Assembly: GCF_006345805.1 (NCBI RefSeq)
Contig: NC_042998.1
Span: forward strand, 120,590,001 to 120,654,000
Direction: 5' to 3'
Length of the DNA: 64,000 bases
Source: Octopus sinensis
Lineage: Eukaryota
Below the pieces are notes generated by a model. That model ran no database searches and was not told where the DNA came from. It saw only the letters and a program-made list of their open reading frames with translations. Position numbers and translations under genes: made by a program. Each line of letters begins with the position of its first letter. Position 1 is the stretch's first letter. Shown piece after piece: positions 1-12,593 of this stretch.

Positions 1-767
1 TAATAATATGCTAGACAGGGGATGAATGAGAGAGAGATGACATCTGGTTGTGTAAATTGTGTGAGACAGACATAGGAAATGTGGTGAAGAAGAGATGTAT
101 AGTGATGGAGGGGATATAATTTAGTGCCTCAGGAGGGTGATCAATGTAAAATGTAAGTGGAGAGGACAGCATTAAGATGAAAGATGGATAATAAGCAAAC
201 TGGTTCTGGTCAGCCTCTTCAACTATAACTCCAGACCAATCAAAGCCTTGGAAGTAGATTTGGTTCATGGAAACTGAAAGAAGGCTATTGTGTGTGTATG
301 CATATGTCTGTGCATTTATTTACTTCTGTAATTGTTTGTATGAAAGTGAAGCTTGTGGTATTGTCAATTTTCCCTATCAACAAATCATCCAGGAACTTCA
401 TGCCTTCAAAGCTGTATACAATATGTGATCCCTTACTTGAAAAAATTTTTAAAAAACAAACAGATAAAGATCAGCATCAGGAAGAGCATCCAGCTATAAA
501 ACAGTGCCTCCAATTATATATTGATCTAACCCATTCAAGAATGTAAAACAAATGAACCAATATAATATACACATGTATGTGTATGCGATATATATATATA
601 ATGTGTATGTTTTATTTATATTTTAACCCATAAGTTGATTGATTGCCTTTACAACAGTGGACCATAAAATGCTAAGGGTGGACATGTACATTGGGACTGG
701 TAGTATTTTGTAAAGGTCACTTGATGTGGCAAGTGTGGAAAGGTCTTTAAGCTTATTTTCATGCTGT

Positions 768-867
768 NNNNNNNNNNNNNNNNNNNNNNNNNNNNNNNNN
801 NNNNNNNNNNNNNNNNNNNNNNNNNNNNNNNNNNNNNNNNNNNNNNNNNNNNNNNNNNNNNNNNNNN
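768..867. other. Assembly gap (100 N)
   Basis: Run of exactly 100 N, typical of a scaffolding placeholder; true distance between the flanks is unknown. Confidence 0.97.
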
Positions 868-960
868 TATAAACATCTGCATCTCATCTAAGTTAATTTT
901 TTTCCTCATCAATGCTCTATAACTCATTCAGAAGTTTAGTTACTAAAAAGTTATCAGTGT

Positions 961-1650
961 GTGTGTTTATTGATAACTCTTTTAATAACTGGAACTTCTG
1001 AATTAGTTATAGCACAACTGATTAGAAATAGAATTAGCCTAGATCAGATGCAGATTGGCTTTCTGCCAGGAAGAGGTACTACTAATCCCCTATTCCTGGG
1101 GAGAGATCTGCAGAAGTACTTAACATTGAAAAAGCTGATGTACCTAGTTTTTTTAAATTTGGGGAAGGCCTGTGATAGAGTTGTATGTCTGTAATTTTGT
1201 TGTTGTTAAGAAATCTAAGTATAGATGAATGGATTGTGTTGGTTATACAAACTTAGTACAAAGATATTATTAGCAAGGGTTCTACCAAAGCTCAGTCTTC
1301 AGCAATAAGCATTAAGAACTCATAAGAAATTGATTCTCATAAATGTTTGGAAGGCTCTCTTAAAGTAATTAATAGCTTCTGTTACTTAGGTGACTTAATT
1401 AGCAGTAAAGACAGATGTTCCAAAAGTATGGTAACCTGAGTAAAAACTCACTAGAAAAAGTTCACAAAACTTTTACCTATAATAATGGAACATTGGTTTT
1501 TCATGCAAAGGATTTATGAAGACTAGAAAGAAATAAAGTGAGCATGTGATGTGCTTGAACAATGGGTTACAAATGGGCTGAAAGAAAATTAGATATAAGA
1601 GGAATCAGATGTAGTGTGCAAGAGAGAAACCTGCACTAGTTCAGCCATGT
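961..1650 (+). mobile_element. Degenerate RTE-clade LINE reverse transcriptase fragment
   Basis: ORF 961-1194 (IAQLIRNRISLDQMQIGFLPGRGTT...YLVFLNLGKACDRV) matches the better-preserved RTE copies at 51-53 kb and 60 kb (IAQLIRERVSLDEMQFGFMPGKSTT...YLAFVDLEKAFDRV); broken by stops downstream. Confidence 0.8.
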
Positions 1651-2379
1651 GAAATGAATGGAAGATTGTAGTATAATGATGTGCCAAATGCTCGAAGTGC
1701 TTGAAACCTATAGAACAGGGAATATAGGTTGAAGTGGTGAAGGTTGATCTTAAGATATTGCACTTCCCAAAGTAGATGACAAGTAACCATGATGATCAGT
1801 GACATATGGTACTGGAGAAAATTCAACCATCTGTGCAGGCATGGAAAAGTTTATGTTAAAATGAGGGAAGGGATGGAGATTGGAATGTATAATGTATATC
1901 TACATATGAGCCTTTCACCCATTTTGAACTCTGCAATTCTCCATCTGCTGCCTTTGCTGCCTATTCTATATCCACTCAACTTTCTGTCACTCCTATTCTC
2001 TGTATGATGCCACCCTTGGAATTAGGGATAATATAAAATCTATGCACACTCAACCACCTTTACCATTATCTGTCTCTCAATTACTCCTCCCCTCCAATCA
2101 CAATGCATGAGTGATGATGTATAGGTTTTTGATACACCCTTTCTATTCTCTCCTCATGTTCTGCTCAGGTCTTATTCTCTCAGGTCACCTCTTACTGATA
2201 TCCATCACTCTTACTAGTTAACATGCAATTACCATTACTATATCTCTCCCATTACCACTGTCAATGCTTTCTTTCCTCTTGCTACAATCACTTTTACCCT
2301 CACCATCCTCTCCATTTTCTTTCATCCTCTACAATCATGCTCCCTTGTATTCATTCTGTTGCTTTTTGTCAATCTTAAC

Positions 2380-3300
2380 AGAAACAACATTAAACTGTGA
2401 AGACTCTTCTAGGAAACCTTAATAATGCTGTTAGAAGGGTCATCCAGATTATTTTGGTTTTCAGCTGCTTCATTCTTGCTTGTGTCAATGGCTTTCTTAA
2501 TCTCTTTCTACACTCCATGGATGTTAAATGATTACTGAACACTCTTGCAAAGTCATAGCCAATAGTCATTTTCACAGCACCTAGATGTTTTTTGATCCTT
2601 TGCTTCTTGCTGTTCTTAATGCTTGCAACAGTTACCAGGGTGGTGTAGTGTTTATGTTTATGTAACGCAGTGCACTTGGCCTCAATGACAACTGAGCTTA
2701 CTTGAGGTCACTTCAAGTTCTGTATCTCATCCATTTCTCCCCAAAGTGCAGTACTTCTTGAATACAGATGTGTGGATAGTGTCCCAAAGTGAATTCCATT
2801 TCAGCTGAGCATTTCCTTCTGTGGGTTTGCAAACAGAGCATCTTCCAGTGACTCAAGGAACTCTACTTTGTCTAGGTGTCTTGTCTTACTGGCATCAATA
2901 TAGTGCTTGCCCAGAGGCTTGATGTAGTGTGATTCTTTGGCTGCAGTTTAATCTTACAACAAATAACAGGGAAGTGAGGATAATTTGTGCTGAAAGGATT
3001 GAGTCATAATCTCATTTCTCAGGTGGTGGAATTTTTTTAAGTGTCAGGTCTAGCTTGTACCAATATTTAGAGCAGAAATATCTCCAAGACACACTGTGCT
3101 GGGCTTTATTCTAAAAGTAGGTGTTGGTGACACACAATCCCTGGATTGTACGTAACTGCTTTTGTCAGCTTGACTAGGAGTTTTGGTCAGCACCCACTCA
3201 ATCAGAGTTTGCCTTAAATGCACTGCCTTCCTGGCTGACAAGTTCCATCTACCTGAAGCACTTGTTTTACACCATCAACACCTGCTGGTAAACTCCCTAC
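2380..3300 (-). mobile_element. Highly degenerate LINE remnant (probably RTE-type endonuclease/linker region)
   Basis: Short minus-strand ORFs with LINE-like wording (LRQTLIEWVLTK..., RKRLRKPLTQARMK); weak similarity judged by eye only. Confidence 0.4.
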
Positions 3301-4066
3301 AATAAGAAGTGCTTCTCACATATTTATTTGTGTTGTTGCAGCAAATATAAACTTAACTGAAGACTAAAAACTATTTTTATTATCCCAACTACATTATTGG
3401 TGCTAATGAAAATAATTTGCTGCATTACCCAGAATACATAAACTCTGATCGCTGAAACCTGTAGCACCAAGTATGTTTAATAAATTATTATTTACTTTTT
3501 ATATTTACCCAGCTATATATTGGTTCAGTTGAAGAGCAGATATTATTTTCCTGCTAGAAAAAAACAATGTTAGTTTTAACACATACATCATACAAAGAGT
3601 CTATATTGCCTGTTTACTTTCTGTCTATTTTATCTAAGAATGACAGAATAAAGGAAAATCTTAATATGGTTCATAGATTTTTATTGGTAATATGGTATTT
3701 GTTGAATTACAAAATATTGTTAGTGTTGGACAAAATGCCATTCTGTATTTAGTTACAGCTCTTTATGTCCTGTATTAATCCTGACAAAGTCAGTGTTACC
3801 TTTTGTCGTTTTGAGATCGATAAACTCTGTCAAGAGTTGGGGGTCAGTATAACTGAATATACCCTTTGCCAAATTTGTGGCCTTGTACCAAAATCAACAC
3901 AATATGTTGGTGAATGAAGTACTGATTTTTAGAAAAGAGAACAAAAGGACAATGTATAATATGTTGTTTTCATATACATGTGAACAGTGTGTACATAGTG
4001 TTCATATATGTATTATATTTATATATCTATTGTGTACATGTGGTGTATGCACAGTTTGTTTATATG

Positions 4067-4116
<50 letters not shown>

Positions 4117-4117
<1 letters not shown>

Positions 4118-4316
4118 CTTTCAAAATGTGACCTCGTGTGTACCGTTGGTGATTTTTTTCCTCTGTTTTCCCTTCTCGGGATCTTTCCTTCTCCTATGTT
4201 TCCAACGAAGAGCTCCGCTCGAAACGTTAAACCCTCCTTCTTCCCTTCTTTCCTGAGCATCCAATAATACTATATTTGTTCCACGTCCTCACGTTGTTGT
4301 GTTTTTTTGTTTGGAT

Positions 4317-4320
<4 letters not shown>
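4117..4320 (+). mobile_element. Penelope-pLTR-like short element with decayed minimal hammerhead core, inserted in (TA)n
   Basis: Flanked by (TA)n on both sides; 4198-4232 reads GTTT-CCAACGA-A-GAGC-TCC-GCTC-GAAAC-GT-T-AAAC, a hammerhead layout with a mutated CUGANGA box. Confidence 0.6.
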
Positions 4321-4352
<32 letters not shown>

Positions 4353-4464
4353 GTACGTGTGTTGCACGTATAGAATGTATATAAACATTATATGCATGTA
4401 GACATAGATATATGTCTACATGCATATATGTCTGTATACAATTCATATATATATATATATATAC

Positions 4465-4682
4465 ATACTGTATTTTGAAATAATAGCATGAAATTTAATA
4501 TCAAAAAAATTTCTGATGACGATATATGTGTCTAAAATAGTACTGTATTAAAGACATATGTAAATATATGAAATATGACATATTTACATATATTTTTAAT
4601 ACAATACTATTTAAGACACACATATCTTCATCAGAAATTTTTTTGATATTAAATTTCATGCTATTATTTCAAAATACAGTAT
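4465..4682. repeat. Long imperfect palindrome / fold-back (~105 bp arms)
   Basis: atactgtattttgaaataatagcatgaaatttaatatcaaaaaaatttctgatga... is mirrored by ...tcatcagaaatttttttgatattaaatttcatgctattatttcaaaatacagtat. Confidence 0.9.
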
Positions 4683-7600
4683 ATATAATCACTCATATTA
4701 AATGTCTAAATACTTTATAGTATTAATATTTTTGACACTTTACACAAAGAGCACTTATTAGAAATTCAGTGTATAATATTCTCACAGAATGTATTTAATT
4801 AATGATGTATATATATATAAATATAAAGAGAGAGAGAGAGAGATTACATGTGTGTATTTGTATATGAAAAATATATATATATATATATTGTGTATAATCT
4901 GTTGGTACATGTATGCTATTATGCTATATTATTAACAGACACCTTTTTATATAATTGTTTGTCTTTCAACAGTCGATTATATGAAACCAATTCATTGTAA
5001 ACCAATATTGAATATACAACTTCTAGAATGAATTGATAAATGGGTGCCCACTTCCGGTCTGCATTCTTCACCAAGAAACTGAATTGCAATAACTCTCCTT
5101 AGTTATAGTCTAGTCGTGTTTATGTATATGCCTGCATCATTGAGATACTTTGGCTAAAAATATATTAATGCATATATGTGTGTGTGTAAAATAAATAGTG
5201 AAGTAAACCAAACTAAGAATTTTATTGAAATATCCAGTCGTGAGTTACTGTTTATCCCTCCCTTCCATCACAATTTCTTCTCTTGAGATAAAAGAACTAA
5301 AAGAAATGAGATCTTCCTAACTATGGGAATGGTTTATTCCAAACTGAATTAATATGCTGGCTGCTTCATGTAAATGAAAAAGACATGCTGAAAGTTCTCA
5401 AAGTACAATATTTACCTGTATCTGTCTACTGCAATAACCGATCTCTGAGAATGCTTATTTTTGCTGGCTGTCAATCTATTATTGCCTAAGTACCAGTTTT
5501 TCATTATTATCATCATCATTGTTGTCATCTTCAGTGTCATTATCATCATCATACGTTTGTCAGCTGTGAAAACTAAATGAGATATGATTAAATGTATAAG
5601 AAATATCTACAGTTTGTGTTGTCTTTTGTTTTCTTCATCTCATCTGAATGAGCAGATAGAGATAGAGAGAGGAGGTAGTTGAACGAGGAGATAGCTATAT
5701 TAGATGCTGTGTAAGGTACTTCAGATAGTTTTAGTCTAGATTGTTCTTCAATGGCCCCTAAGAACAATGTTATTATAATGAAATGTTCTTTTGTTAAGTG
5801 TTTCTATTTTTAGGTGGAATGCATATGTTAACACATGGTTATCTTCTGCTGACACACATGTGGGTATTATCTTGATGCAAACAACATGTTAAACATGTAG
5901 CTATAGTCCAAGCATACATGTGAATATCTTCTTGTGGCAGAGCATTAGATTGACATGTTGCTACTATCCATACACAGACATATGGTTACCATCTGCACAT
6001 ATACACCCATTTAGCTACATATGATCACCATCCACAAGTGTGTGCACACATACACACATGGTTACCATCCATAATCACACATGGTTCTCAACTCTTCAAA
6101 CAAACACTTGTGGCTACCATTCATATTCATACACATGGTCACTATCCACACACACAGCTACTATTCATACATCTACTCTTACCTTCAAAGCACTTATACA
6201 TATAACTAAAAAAAAATGCCTAGAATTAATATTAAGAAATACTTCAGGGGATCTGTTTTGTTTGTTGTTGTTGTTGTTTAGTTTCCAATTAATACTGACT
6301 GATCACACCTATAATCAAAGACATCACATCTGTAACAATCCTCTCTTATTAAGGGTATATCTAGGATGGCATTATCTTATTTTACCTTTTCTTAAATTAA
6401 TATTAGGGTTTAATTTGAGAGATATTTGCCTACTATTTCTAAGAGGTTGAACACTAAGGGAATTTGTTCAATGTGGTTCAATATGTTGAGCTTTTTCTTA
6501 TATCATCTTGCCCAGGTCAACTTTCATTGAGGAGATGCATTCAAGTTGTGACCATCCTGTCTTTTTCCTCTGTGTAGGGAACCAAGGACTGCATTGTCTA
6601 ACGTGTCCTTTTCTAAGGCAGTAGGATGTGATTTGAGGGAGATTTAGCAGCTACCTTTAGTAAATTGGATTACTTTAGGTGAGAAACAGTGGTAAAAAAA
6701 TGTCAAGTACTGTTTTCAGTCCTAAGAGCTGTAGGGCAAGTTACCTGGATTCTATGGCATATAAAGGATCACAACATTTGCCTTGAACAGGATACCAGTT
6801 GGTCACAAACTTACTCATTTACAACTGGATGAAATGAGGTGCTTTGCTCAAGAGTGCAATCCACTACCCAGTTTGGATATTGAAACCATGATCTTGTGTT
6901 CATAAGTGTAGCACCCTAACCACAAAGCCATGCATCTCCACAAAAAACAGTGGTAACCAAAGACATTTGTGGAGTAATAAATCTTAAAGATTTATCAAAG
7001 AAGCTGCCATTATTTACCAGGTTTTGAATCAGTAGTGAGGTATGAAGGGGTGCAGTGTCATGGATATTGTCTAAGTTATGTAAAGATGAAAATAATACTG
7101 ACATCTCATTTTAACAGATATATTTGCCAAAATTACATAAAAATATCTAGAAATACTAAAGAGTAAATTTATTCTATAAAATCACCATTGGCTTCAACTA
7201 CGGCCTCCAGACAACTTCAGAATCTCCTGCAACTCTTCTGGATGGTCTCCTTGTTTAAGTTGTTGAATGCTGCCATAGTCCTTGCCTTCAGTTCATCTTA
7301 CATTTCTGCAGCAAATAGTGAATTCAGAACCTATCAGTCTATATTGCCAAAATGTAAAAGTATATCTTCTGCAGAGATTTTTATAGGAAGAAAATAACAG
7401 TGAGCTTTTTTTATTCATACACAAACACACACACACATGTGGTTACCATCATATTCACACATTTGGTCACATTCTACACATTCACAGACTTATGACTGTC
7501 ATTCATAAGCGCACATAGTCATCATCCACATACATGGCTACTAACCATACTCTCACACATTATTATCATACATATTGCCAGCAGGTTTGCTCACACACAG

Positions 7601-8269
7601 TTATCATTGATCAGAAATTGACTATAGTTAATATTACTTGTAGTTTACCTTACCTAATAGTGTTGCTAATAGCTTACTCTACTGGTTAGTTGTTTCTTGA
7701 CATATTCAATCATCTTACTCATAGCTAGTTAAATTGGTTACTAATAAGTTAGCATCTGCAATAGTATTTCTAGTTGCTAGCAAATTGGTTGCTTATAATT
7801 TGACATGTAATGTTGTTAGTGGATAATGTTAATGGTTGAGATTAACTAGTAAAATTAGTTGCAATTAGCTAACTTTATTGGTTTTTCAATAGCTAGTGTT
7901 ATTGATTTCTAACAGTTTGAATTATTTAATGGTATTGAATGAATAAATATCCCGTCTGCATAGCTATGGGCTCTGGGGGCCTCAGGCTCAACCAGTATTC
8001 CTCATCTCACACTGCAGTCATATATTGCAGCTAAATTCTCTTCTACAGCCCTTCCTGTCCAGCCCTTGATATCATTACTTCATCTCTGACTTTGTGCCCA
8101 CCTGTTTATTTTTTGTCTACCCAACCCCCAGGATACAATCATAGAGGTCCCAAGCTGTGATAATATGGCCAGAACACTCAATAGTATTACTGATAACTAA
8201 CACACTGTAAATACTTACAATTCTTTTGATGCAGTAGTTAGGCTGTATGGTATTTTTATATAACAATTA

Positions 8270-8467
8270 CGTGCAGGTGGCACGTAAAAAGCACCCACTA
8301 CACTCATGGAGTGGTTGGCATTAGGAAGGGCATCCAGCTGTAGAAACATTGCCAGATTAGACTGGAGCCTGGTGCAGCCTTCTGGCTTCCCAGAACCCCG
8401 GTCGAACCGTCCAACCCATGCTAGCATGGAGAACGGACGTTAAACGATGATGATGATGATGATGATG
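8270..8467 (+). mobile_element. 5'-truncated RTE LINE 3' end with (ATG)n tail
   Basis: Similar to the 3' end of the RTE at 53300-53490 (gagtggttggcattaggaagggcatccagc...ggacgttaaacgatgatgatg). Confidence 0.85.
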
Positions 8468-8804
8468 AATTAATATGGAGCTCCACATTTCCTCAGCTCT
8501 TCTCTCTCTTGTAATTTATATCAAGAAAATAACACTTGGTGTTGTAATCCTCTTCACTGATTTAGCCTGTTCTTGTCACTCTTGGTTTCACTTAGACCCA
8601 TCTTCTTACTGATTAGAGCCCTTACCCTTCGTGATCAGGGTAGTCTTGAGTCTGTGTAGTACCTAAATTGGTGATCTTCCTATCTGAGGCTCTATCACAC
8701 ATTTGTCTACTGTGTATACCTTTTCTTTTTCTTTTGTTTGATTTCTTTGTAACCTTCAAGACAAACTTTTTGTAACTTGTCACACTGTTATTATTATTAT
8801 TGCA

Positions 8805-8995
8805 AGAGTAGTAGGCTAGCAGAATTGCTAGAGCATCAGAGAAACTATATACCTATGGTTCTTTGCATTTTGAATTCAAATCCCACAGCAGTCAGCTTTA
8901 CTTTTCATACTCTTATAAAATAAAATATCAGGGGCAACACAATTAGCTAAACCCCTCCTCTAAAAATTACTAACCTTGTACCTTGATCGGAAATC
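8805..8995 (+). mobile_element. Degenerate tRNA-type SINE (same family as 61017-61235)
   Basis: gctagcagaattgctagagca...tgaattcaaatcc...cttttcat...ccttgtacc, followed by an (ATT)n tail. Confidence 0.6.
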
Positions 8996-9004
8996 ATTAT
9001 CACG

Positions 9005-9060
<56 letters not shown>

Positions 9061-9100
9061 TATTATCATTATTATTATTACTATTATTATTATTATTATT
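9005..9100. repeat. (ATT)n microsatellite
   Basis: Direct reading of the sequence. Confidence 0.95.
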
Positions 9101-12100
9101 AGCAGTGGATTGTTAGAATCATTACAGTCTCAGAAAAAATGCCTTGTGGTATTCATCTTGGCTCTTTGCATTTTGATTTCAATCCTGCATTATTTTTCAT
9201 CCCTCCAGGATTGATGAAATAAACTTTCCTTCAAGTTTTGGGGTTAATTGTATCAAGTAACCTCTCCAAAATTCCATGCTTTGCACCTATGTTAAATATT
9301 TTTTTTTATTCCCTTATTGTCTTGAGACTATTGACAGAGAAGGAAATGAGATAATGTTACATAACAACCTAGAGTTTTTGTTGCCAAGTATGTGTTTGTT
9401 TTGAAGGCAGAGTAGTGATAACAAGACAGGAGATAATGAAATGAAAAATGAGACAAGATGTGAGATAAAAATAGCCATAAGCTGTACAGAGACAAAAAAA
9501 AAACAATAAGAAAAGAACTTAGTTGGTACTTTAGAATTCTTTATACTTTTATAACCATATTTTCATTATTTCATTTACTGGAAAGACAGTTGATACCTCA
9601 CATATGCAATATCTTCCTTTGTATTCAGGAGGCACAAGAAAAGCAACAAAATATTGTATGAGAGTTCTAAATTAAGTTAAAGGAAAACTTGTTATTGTGA
9701 TAAATGTGATACAAGCTCGTTCAAAGTCTTAGTCTTTAGTTTAGTGATCGTGCTCATAAAAATTGTCGATAACTTTTTTTTAGTCTTTTTTAAGGCATGA
9801 GATGTAAATCTATTCATGAGGTCAAGTCAGATGGGGGTGGGGTTGTTAATCCCAGATGAAGTTGTTAATCTCAGACGGACTCCAGATCTTAGCATCTCAA
9901 TCAAATATTTTTGGTACTCTCTCAGTTGAAAAAAGTTCACACTTAACACATGAAGAGACTAAAATCACATGACATCTTGGTTTGAACCCAGCTGCCCCTT
10001 CACTTATTAAGCAGGCATTATTGCAACATTGTAATTAGAAGTGTCATTCACATTCGTTATTGGCTACATCGAAAGAGTTTCTAATATTGTTGCTAAATTT
10101 ATCAGAAATAGCTACTCAACATCCTTTAAATTATATATACCTTAACAAAAACAATGTACTTCTAGAAATTCAATCATTAAGAAAATGACAGGTTGGTCAT
10201 AACCAGAATGCTTTTGATCATAGCTCTGTTAGTCATGCTTTACCTTAAACTAATCAACTTCAATATATTAGTTCATTTACTTTTCCTCTAAACTTTATTA
10301 ACTTTACTTCCAGCAAAATTCTTTTAGATTTTTTATAAGCAATTTTTGTGCCAGAGTTTTAACTAGTATGTTTTAGTATCATAGTTTAATTAGCATGCTT
10401 TAGTACCTTAGTTTTAAGTAGCTAGGTCTAGTACCCTAGTTTAGTAAGTATGTTTTCGCATCATAGCTTTAGGTATGATTAACAAATACACTTTAGTATC
10501 ATTTTATATAGCATGTTTTAATATATTTTTAACTAATTCGTTTTAGTAAATAGTTTATCTAGTATGTTTTAGTACTTAGTTTTTAGTAATAGCATATTTT
10601 AGTCCTATAGTTTTTAAGACAGTAGTGTGTGATAGGAGGAAGATCTGGTTGGTCAAGTTTCTACTCAGAGGTTATTTCATTGTTCCTTTGTCCTAGTATT
10701 GTATGTGAAGTTAGTGTAGAAGGGCTGTCATGTTGATTTGTTTTAGCTGTTGAGGAATACAACCATGATTTAATACATGAAATATAATGGAAGATTATAC
10801 AGTTAAATATAATGGAAGATTTCAATACTTAATAGTTTACCTTATGTTAGTTTTTATATGCTGGTATAGGTTGGACAGATACTTATATAAGGCAGTATTT
10901 TACTGCTGGATGTTCTACCTCTTGCCAACCCGCACCTATTCTTTGAAATGGGGGAGGGTTACTGTTGTCTTTTTAGTCCACTAAATTTCAAGACTTCAGA
11001 GCTGCAGAAATATGAGTATGATGATACCATTTGTGGTTCAGATGGTCTAGTACAAAGAAGTAGAAATGATAACATCACACATACTTGGCAGGATTCCATA
11101 CAGTTTCCATCCATAAATTCTACACAAAGGAATCAGTTGGCCCAAGGCTTATAGTAGAAGACTCTTGCACAGTCAGACTGAACCTGAGACTATGTGGTTG
11201 CAAAACAAGCTTTTGACCATATGGCAGCACCTTGTAGTGTTACAAAATATAATTAAAATACATATAATAGTGTGTGCTTTTTACATAGTTATCATGACTG
11301 CTATGATGTAGTTGTTTATCAAACAAAACAAAATGGAAACTTATGGAAATAATGTCAGATGTTTGGGAACTAAAAATATATACTACTATTTTCATTAGTT
11401 TATGGGAAATATTTAGGCTGCAGGCTGACTAAAATAATTGTTATCATTGGTTGGTAGATAATTGTCTAGACTAGAAGCTGTCGGTAAGAGCTGTTACCAT
11501 TGGTTGATGGCAAATATCTAGGCTGCCAGAAACAGCTGTTGCCATTGTTTAAATTGTTTAATTACCAATGTAATTGTTTCACTTCCAACATTATCTTAAA
11601 TCAAGTCACTTGCCAAACAAGGAAAATTCTGAAATATTTGGTAGAAATGTTAAGATATTTTGTACAGGTGAGATAGCAGGTATTGTATAAGTGTTGTACA
11701 GGTGATGTAGCAGGTATTATGTAGTTGTTGTGCTGGTGAGATATTGTATGTACAGGTAAAGTATCGTATTTTGTGTAAGTGTTGTACAGGTGAAATATGT
11801 TGCTTAGAAGTTGTACAAGTGAGATAGGCTGTGGTGTATGTTAGTGTATGTATAATAGATATTGCATGACTGAAATGGTAAAATAGATGTTGCACAAATG
11901 TGCCACCAATGTGGAAGCTGCACTGATTGCTCTACTGCAGGTGTTCACTTTTTCTGATGTTAATTACATATAATGGAGAGAGGCATGGTGAATTTTGATT
12001 ATAAACTCAGATGTAAAGAACACAATAACAGAATGTTTTGATTCTGTCCTTGCATCATTCCCAAGTGTGTAGAACATACTCAAGGACACAATGTTTGGAT

Positions 12101-12283
12101 TCTGGCCTTGTGTTGCCCTCAAATGTATAGAATACATGTAACAACAATTTTGAAAAGTGAGAGGGGCACATTGGGAAATGTAGTCTGAGGTACACAATGC
12201 TTGATAAGAAACTAGAACATTTGTAGCAGCTATAAATTATCTTGTGTTGAAATTGACAATTATATTACAGCAACTGATATGCT

Positions 12284-12593
12284 GAGACCCCCTTCGGTCA
12301 TAACTGACCATGGGATTGCACCTAGAAAGTTACCCTCCCAGGCACAGGTCCAGGCAAGGTTGTTTATGGAAGACCAGCAGTCACCCATACATACAGGCCT
12401 CCCCTCTCCCCACCACCAGTGTTATCCAAGGGAAATGGAAAGGCCGATACAGCTTGGCATCTGTGACGTCGCAACTCATTTCTACAGCTGAATGAACTGG
12501 AGCAACGTGTCTTACTCAAGAACACAACATGCAGCCCAGTATGGGATTCAAATCGCAAGCTCGATGCTCTAACCACTGAGTCATGTGCCTTCA
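12284..12593 (-). mobile_element. tRNA-derived SINE
   Basis: Minus strand begins tgaaggcacatgactcagtggttagagc (A-box-like) then atttgaatccc (B-box-like); head shared with the copies at 38.7 kb and 62.4 kb. Confidence 0.75.

Noticed and set aside
3877-4260. ORF-track proteins such as YIYIYI, ERERER, VCVCVC, LSIYLSIY (also 14.2-14.6, 27.4, 32.3, 42.7, 56.0 and 59.0 kb)
   Set aside because: Translations of (TA)n, (CT)n, (CA)n and (GATA)n microsatellites
10360-11870. Short degenerate tandem arrays (10360-10620, 11660-11870; also 5830-6200, 7400-7900, 45590-45750) checked as CRISPR-like repeat/spacer arrays
   Set aside because: Units are diverged and contiguous without unique spacers; ordinary eukaryotic minisatellites
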